Below are positions 31,872 through 36,661 of a DNA stretch of 36,661 bases, one piece after another. The DNA is taken from positions 1-36,661 of the forward strand of contig NKIB01015301.1 of assembly GCA_002256025.1 (NCBI GenBank), given 5' to 3'. Position numbers and translations under genes: made by a program. Numbering within the stretch: the stretch's first letter is position 1; every line of letters starts with the position of its first letter. The notes under the pieces were generated by a model that was not told the DNA's origin, did not search any database, and saw only the letters and a list, made by a program, of their open reading frames with translations. This DNA comes from Asterionella formosa. Its lineage: Eukaryota.

Positions 31872-34800
31872 TTATTCTTTCTTCCGTGTACGGCTCTTCT
31901 TCTTGCCTGCTTTGTAGTTGCCATATCCTACAGACCACGATTGTCGTTCATGCATCATTACTTGTTCACTTATGATTCTCACAAATAGAGGAACAGCCTT
32001 GTCGTGCTTCTTCGGGATGCTTTCGTGCACTGACAGTCCCTGCAGTGTGGTGACTGCCTCTTCCTTTTCATCTTCATCAATCATGTTTGCAGGCACTTCA
32101 GCCAAAGCTTCCATCGGGTTGATATTTGCCAGTCTATTTTCTTCACTCTCCATTGCATGCCATTCATGAGAGTCAGTGAGCTGACGAAGCTCTGGATGCA
32201 GAACAGATGCTGGCTTAATGTGATCATCGGGCTCCTTGTGAGCTATACGACGTGCGAGATCTCGTTTCGCCATGATATACGCAAAACTCAGTGGGACCAA
32301 ATTGTTACCCCATTGCACATGCTCTTGGTACCACTCACAACGGAGCCTTTTAGCTTCCTCAAGTTTCAGATTGTGAACAATCCATTTGCTTCGAGTCCAA
32401 TGATGCATATCGTAGCGATACCATGGCTCGTCGGGCGAGCGCATATCAACTTGATTGACATAGGTTGAAACTCTTTCGTAGAATTCACGCTGTTTCTTGA
32501 CACCTTGGGTCTCCTTGGCATCAATATCTTCACCGTTCTCAACCTGCATATACTTGGTAGCTTCGTAGACAGTTAAAGAGTGATAATTGGTGTTTTTCGA
32601 CGGATCGTGCACCTTTCCTTTCCTTAACGGTGACAGCATCAACACTGCCCGTCGTTCTGGCTCTGCAGGGAGCCGGTACTTGTGCTTCTTGCCATCGACT
32701 TCCACTCGCCAAGCGTTTCGTATAGGTATTTTCGGTCTGTGTGACTGGCTGACAAGAAACAATACGTCCTCCGTGCTGGGAGAGATTGCAAAGTTTTCGT
32801 CCACAAATAATGCATGTTTTACATCCGACGAGAAAAAACTACCTGGAGATATCTTTAGTAAGGAACTGTCGAAAACTGACAGCTCGTCGATGCCCTCGTC
32901 CACCCACATTAATATCCATCCTTTGTAAAGGAGTCGACCATTAAGTCCGTTTAGCTTTCTCGTATGAAAAGAATTGAGATCAGCCGCTTCTCCTGGGTTC
33001 AGCTTGATGCCGAATCCTTCGAGCTGTTCCTCAGGTACCTTTGCAACAGCTGCATGTACAAGGTGGCTCAACTTTGGCACAAACGCAAAGTTGCAGATCG
33101 AAACCTCTTCTTCCTCACTATATGTCGTATGCAACTTCAAATCACGTACATTATATCCAAGCGATTGTGTATAGAGGACAATATCACAGCCTTGTGACAC
33201 CTCACGAGTAACAAATTGTATGCTATCAAATATTGATGGCTTGCAATTTTGTCGAGTCGAACATTCCGAAGAACATGGGATGTAGGTTGCCCCAAGATGG
33301 CAAAGTAAATCGTCGGAGCTGCAAGTGTCGATTTTCAGCCGAGTTCGAAACTTGTCCCCAGTCTCTGACGTAGTAGTATTGGCTCCGAATGGAAAAGCAT
33401 GGTCTAAGTGCCACGCCATAGTCTTGGCCAAGCCAGTTTGCAGTGAAGTTTCTGGTTTCCACTGGAGCAAATCTCGAGTTAGCTGTTTCAACGGGTTTGT
33501 CGGTACACGGCTCCTTTCAAGTGTTAAATTGGTCTGCACTGATCCTCCTGGCAGCATTTCCTTTATTAAACTAGCAACCGTCGACAACTTATGTGTCGAA
33601 TCGGAGCTAAGATCAAATATTGCTGGCATCGGTGATCGAAACTGCATGGACGCAATAATAGCGTCAACAACATTGTCCACAAAAGAAAAATCGTAGCTTC
33701 CATCAGTTCGATTTAAAAGGGTATCTGGCGAGCGTCCCCACTGTTGAATCGCAGCTTCTGCAATTTGATGAACCGATGTTTGAGGTCGATCCCAGGGACC
33801 AAAAACAGCATTCGGTAATCTCATAGCGACTGAAAATGTCCTATTCATGTTGTAATACGTATTAGCTAGGATTTCGTCCGTCAGTTTGCAACTGTCGTGC
33901 GTGTCGAAGCTGGATGCAACAGAGACCGAAGAAGCATAGCTGAAATGAGGTCTGTCTGTATCAGCGCTTGCACTAACCAAAGAAGCGAGAATATGCTCCA
34001 TCGCGACTGCATTTGATCTAATCTGATACAAGTCAGACTGGCCTCCGTATGGTGAGTGTGTGTTTACAAATTGACCTTTGTTGAACTCTGAAGCAGAATA
34101 TGAAGCCAAATGAACAATGTGTGTGGGTTTCAGATTGAGCAAGCTAATTTCTCCAGTCGCATCTAAGAAACCTTGGTCTGTGTCTTTTCCTTTGGTGGGA
34201 CGTTGATCTAGGCCGATACGCGAAAGCACCACAGGCTGAACCAGCTTTGGTATATTTGTCGCCAAGAGCTGAATACGCTCTTGCATGGCGATTCGGTTTT
34301 CGACCGTGTTTGGAAACATGGGATCTATTCCAGCAATAACTTCCACACCACATCGTTTTTTCAATGTCAAAGCCAAATGCAAGCCAATTGGATTAAGAAT
34401 CCCCGTAATGAGCACTCTAGATTCTGAATTCAGCACATCGCGCGAACGAAATAATTCCGAATGCAAGACAGCCGCATTACGAGCGTGGATCCCGCACAGC
34501 TCTTTCAATGAAGCCGGTTCGCCTAAATCTATTTTTTCAGCGTTGTCTCTCCTTGGAACTTTGTCTAAGAGTGCAAAGTCACAGGGCTGCAATTCTGCAA
34601 CATCCATAGCTGGCCATGTCCGACGTTGCCCTTCCATTCTTTGCCTATTCAGCCATCTCATCTGTGAGAATTGTTCTCGTGCCGCATACAAAACCTTACG
34701 AGATCCAGGCGGAAAGTCTCGAGTCACGATTTCGTGACTTTGCAGCATTTGTAATCCTCGATACATGAGCCAAACGTAGGCAATGACAATGGAAGCCACC

Positions 34801-35120
34801 CCTATTCGTTTCAACTCAACCCACTTTTTTCGCCGCGGTCTTTGCTTTTGATAAGGACGAGAATGACCATTATGAAAAATGGTTTGACGCTGCTGTGAGT
34901 TTGGGTCCTCCCCTTCTTTGTGAAGCGGATGCCGATGAATTAGGTCTTGATTCAAATGCTGAACTAGGTAGTCACTGCGTCGGCCGTCAAACTCGTCTGA
35001 ATAGCTTCTGTGTCTTACAGCGTTGTTCTGCATCTGTTCCTCGCTGTCTGAGTAATGATCATGGTGCTGCGGGAAACTCCCGACTGTACACATCCATCGA
35101 TCATCAGCTTCCATCATCAT
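31872..35120 (-). CDS. Type-II membrane protein: degenerate UDP-glucuronate-4-epimerase-like SDR domain fused to a DUF616 (MUCI70/TOD1-like) domain
   Basis: TM segment at about aa 106-122; RVLITG..IG, THIVHLAS, YASS, VFGPWDRP, DFSFVDNVV, WKPETSLQTGL..W; then CDIVLYT, CNFAFV, GWILMWV, LLKISP..FF..ALFVD, LRCEWYQE..LSFAYIM. Confidence 0.8.
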   Translation of the reverse strand: MMMEADDRWMCTVGSFPQHHDHYSDSEEQMQNNAVRHRSYSDEFDGRRSDYLVQHLNQDLIHRHPLHKEGEDPNSQQRQTIFHNGHSRPYQKQRPRRKKWVELKRIGVASIVIAYVWLMYRGLQMLQSHEIVTRDFPPGSRKVLYAAREQFSQMRWLNRQRMEGQRRTWPAMDVAELQPCDFALLDKVPRRDNAEKIDLGEPASLKELCGIHARNAAVLHSELFRSRDVLNSESRVLITGILNPIGLHLALTLKKRCGVEVIAGIDPMFPNTVENRIAMQERIQLLATNIPKLVQPVVLSRIGLDQRPTKGKDTDQGFLDATGEISLLNLKPTHIVHLASYSASEFNKGQFVNTHSPYGGQSDLYQIRSNAVAMEHILASLVSASADTDRPHFSYASSVSVASSFDTHDSCKLTDEILANTYYNMNRTFSVAMRLPNAVFGPWDRPQTSVHQIAEAAIQQWGRSPDTLLNRTDGSYDFSFVDNVVDAIIASMQFRSPMPAIFDLSSDSTHKLSTVASLIKEMLPGGSVQTNLTLERSRVPTNPLKQLTRDLLQWKPETSLQTGLAKTMAWHLDHAFPFGANTTTSETGDKFRTRLKIDTCSSDDLLCHLGATYIPCSSECSTRQNCKPSIFDSIQFVTREVSQGCDIVLYTQSLGYNVRDLKLHTTYSEEEEVSICNFAFVPKLSHLVHAAVAKVPEEQLEGFGIKLNPGEAADLNSFHTRKLNGLNGRLLYKGWILMWVDEGIDELSVFDSSLLKISPGSFFSSDVKHALFVDENFAISPSTEDVLFLVSQSHRPKIPIRNAWRVEVDGKKHKYRLPAEPERRAVLMLSPLRKGKVHDPSKNTNYHSLTVYEATKYMQVENGEDIDAKETQGVKKQREFYERVSTYVNQVDMRSPDEPWYRYDMHHWTRSKWIVHNLKLEEAKRLRCEWYQEHVQWGNNLVPLSFAYIMAKRDLARRIAHKEPDDHIKPASVLHPELRQLTDSHEWHAMESEENRLANINPMEALAEVPANMIDEDEKEEAVTTLQGLSVHESIPKKHDKAVPLFVRIISEQVMMHERQSWSVGYGNYKAGKKKSRTRKKE

Positions 35121-35724
35121 TTTTCCAGAAGTATGACGATGAATGTTGAAGCCGTGACCTCCTCGCTGCGAGATAACAAGTCCACAAGACCTGACGCTGT
35201 CTACAAGTAGGAGATAGTCTACACTTGAGGATGGGGACTGAGCTATTATTAGTCAGAAGGACTAAACAACCGGTTCGTGACGGGTCTGGGTCCAAAATGC
35301 CATTGTGTGGCAATATTACTGGTACAGAATCCCCGAATAATATATATATGTAGGACTGCGACCACATATACGACAAAACACCATCCAATTACCAGTACAT
35401 GTTGCAAATGTATCTATTCATATATGTATACCATGTACAATCCTAAATAATACGACAATATGATACAGATAATGTACAATGTTGTCATAGGATTTATTTC
35501 ACAATAGCCGTCGATATTCCAGCTACCCACATTCTCAAAAATACTTGTCAAAACGCACGTACAGCCAGATGAACATGTACCCCAACGTATGCACAGTATA
35601 CCCGGAAATAAAAAAACCAATCCAACCGGTACGTCGTTAATTTGTTACCTTTAACGGTAATGGTTATGAGCAGCATTCACAGCCATGTAGGGACTATTCT
35701 GCTGACACAAATGAATTAGTCTGC

Positions 35725-36085
35725 TGAATGAAGGGTCATATCCTGACTTTTCCAAAAACATGGTGCACAAGTGGTTTTCATGATATCTGGGTCAAGCAAC
35801 ACAGACCAGGTAATAGAAACATTACCTATTCTTTATGATCCTTGTGCTTTTTTTCATTCACATTTGTTTGCTCTCTCGCTCAGTCAAGTAGAATAACTGT
35901 TCAACCTCTGGAACATATACCATTTTTCATCCACATGAACCTGATCATAATAGCCATCATCAACCCAAAACTTAAGTGGTTCAGGACCCAGCCACTTCAG
36001 GCAAAGGGTGAAGTTGTTCTGGGTGATTCGCTCAACTGTCAACTTTGGAGGGATAGCATTTGTATATGCTCAAATGACATCCCTC
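35725..36085 (-). mobile_element. Degenerate Tc1/mariner (plant-mariner DD39D-like) transposase fragment
   Basis: Minus-strand motifs in the expected order: VI*AYTNAIPPKLT (about 36078-36037), YDQVHVDEKWY (35949-35917), VMFL and VA*PRY (35825-35783), GKVRI*PF (35753-35730); contains frameshifts and stops. Confidence 0.8.
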
Positions 36086-36585
36086 TGTCAATCCCCTCTT
36101 GAAATTGAAGAAACTGTGGAATTTGGCAAATTAAGTGCTGAGGCAAGTAGCTTACAAAACATGGTGCATTTGTGAAAAGTAATTTGCTTTATATCTTTTT
36201 ATGGTAGTTGATTTGGTAATGCATTGTTACAATTGTTGCTGTGCCTCGTACAGGTACTGTAGTCTGAAGTCTACTGGCTTAAACAACACACAGGGTATCA
36301 TTACCGGTAGGTATGTATGTATGTATGTAGACCTCGTTTTGAAGAAAAAGTAAATATTATGATAGCTCGATCTCATGTATGCGTTACTACCGTTACATGA
36401 GATACACCGATAGTACATATCATAGCCAAAATTAAATTTCATATTCCTGTGTCTACCCGTGCATACATGTGTGTACCAGGTGCGCACAGGTACACATTCC
36501 GGTAACCAGGTACCAGGTCTACCGGTAATCTACTTCTTGTTACATCGGGAACATCTTCCCAGCACGTCCCAGTAAATTCTTTCAG

Positions 36586-36587
<2 letters not shown>

Positions 36588-36618
<31 letters not shown>

Positions 36619-36661
36619 GGGTGCCACGGGGCCAGGCTAACACGTTGCCGGCGGCTTTGCC
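36588..36661 (-). mobile_element. Poly(A) tract (30 nt) after GC-rich sequence; possible 3' end of a retroposed element running off the window
   Basis: T30 at 36588-36617 next to a sharp switch to GC-rich sequence. Confidence 0.35.

Noticed and set aside
4760..35149. Numerous short ORFs antisense to or nested in the long genes
   Set aside because: Shadow ORFs with no independent motifs

Overview
Gene-dense eukaryotic nuclear DNA, most likely from a diatom or other photosynthetic stramenopile. This is inferred from compact genes, short GT-AG introns of about 75-170 bp and bipartite signal + ASAF-type plastid presequences. About 15 genes are supported: CRAL-TRIO protein, GtrA-like membrane protein, bacterial-type RNase HII, WDR75/UTP17, 2OG-Fe(II) oxygenase, EMC2, a mitochondrial-like hypothetical, 4-exon formamidase, plastid ABC1 kinase, a small plastid protein with an in-frame TGA, GPATCH1/TGH, a 26-aa-repeat protein, a hypothetical membrane protein, a MATE transporter and an epimerase-like/DUF616 fusion. 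Intergenic DNA holds three copies of one MITE-like family with CCAG...CTGG ends, a degenerate mariner (DD39D-like) transposase, CpG-stripped blocks and a poly(A)-tailed element end. The most unusual signal is a strong intergenic excess of TA-CCGG-TA and TA-CCWGG-TA palindromes, often chained. They match what repeated insertion and excision of the resident TA/CCAG-ended element would leave behind. Other highlights are a 12-nt micro-exon carrying most of the kinase catalytic-loop Asp codon and the in-frame UGA gene. All counts and splice models were derived by eye.
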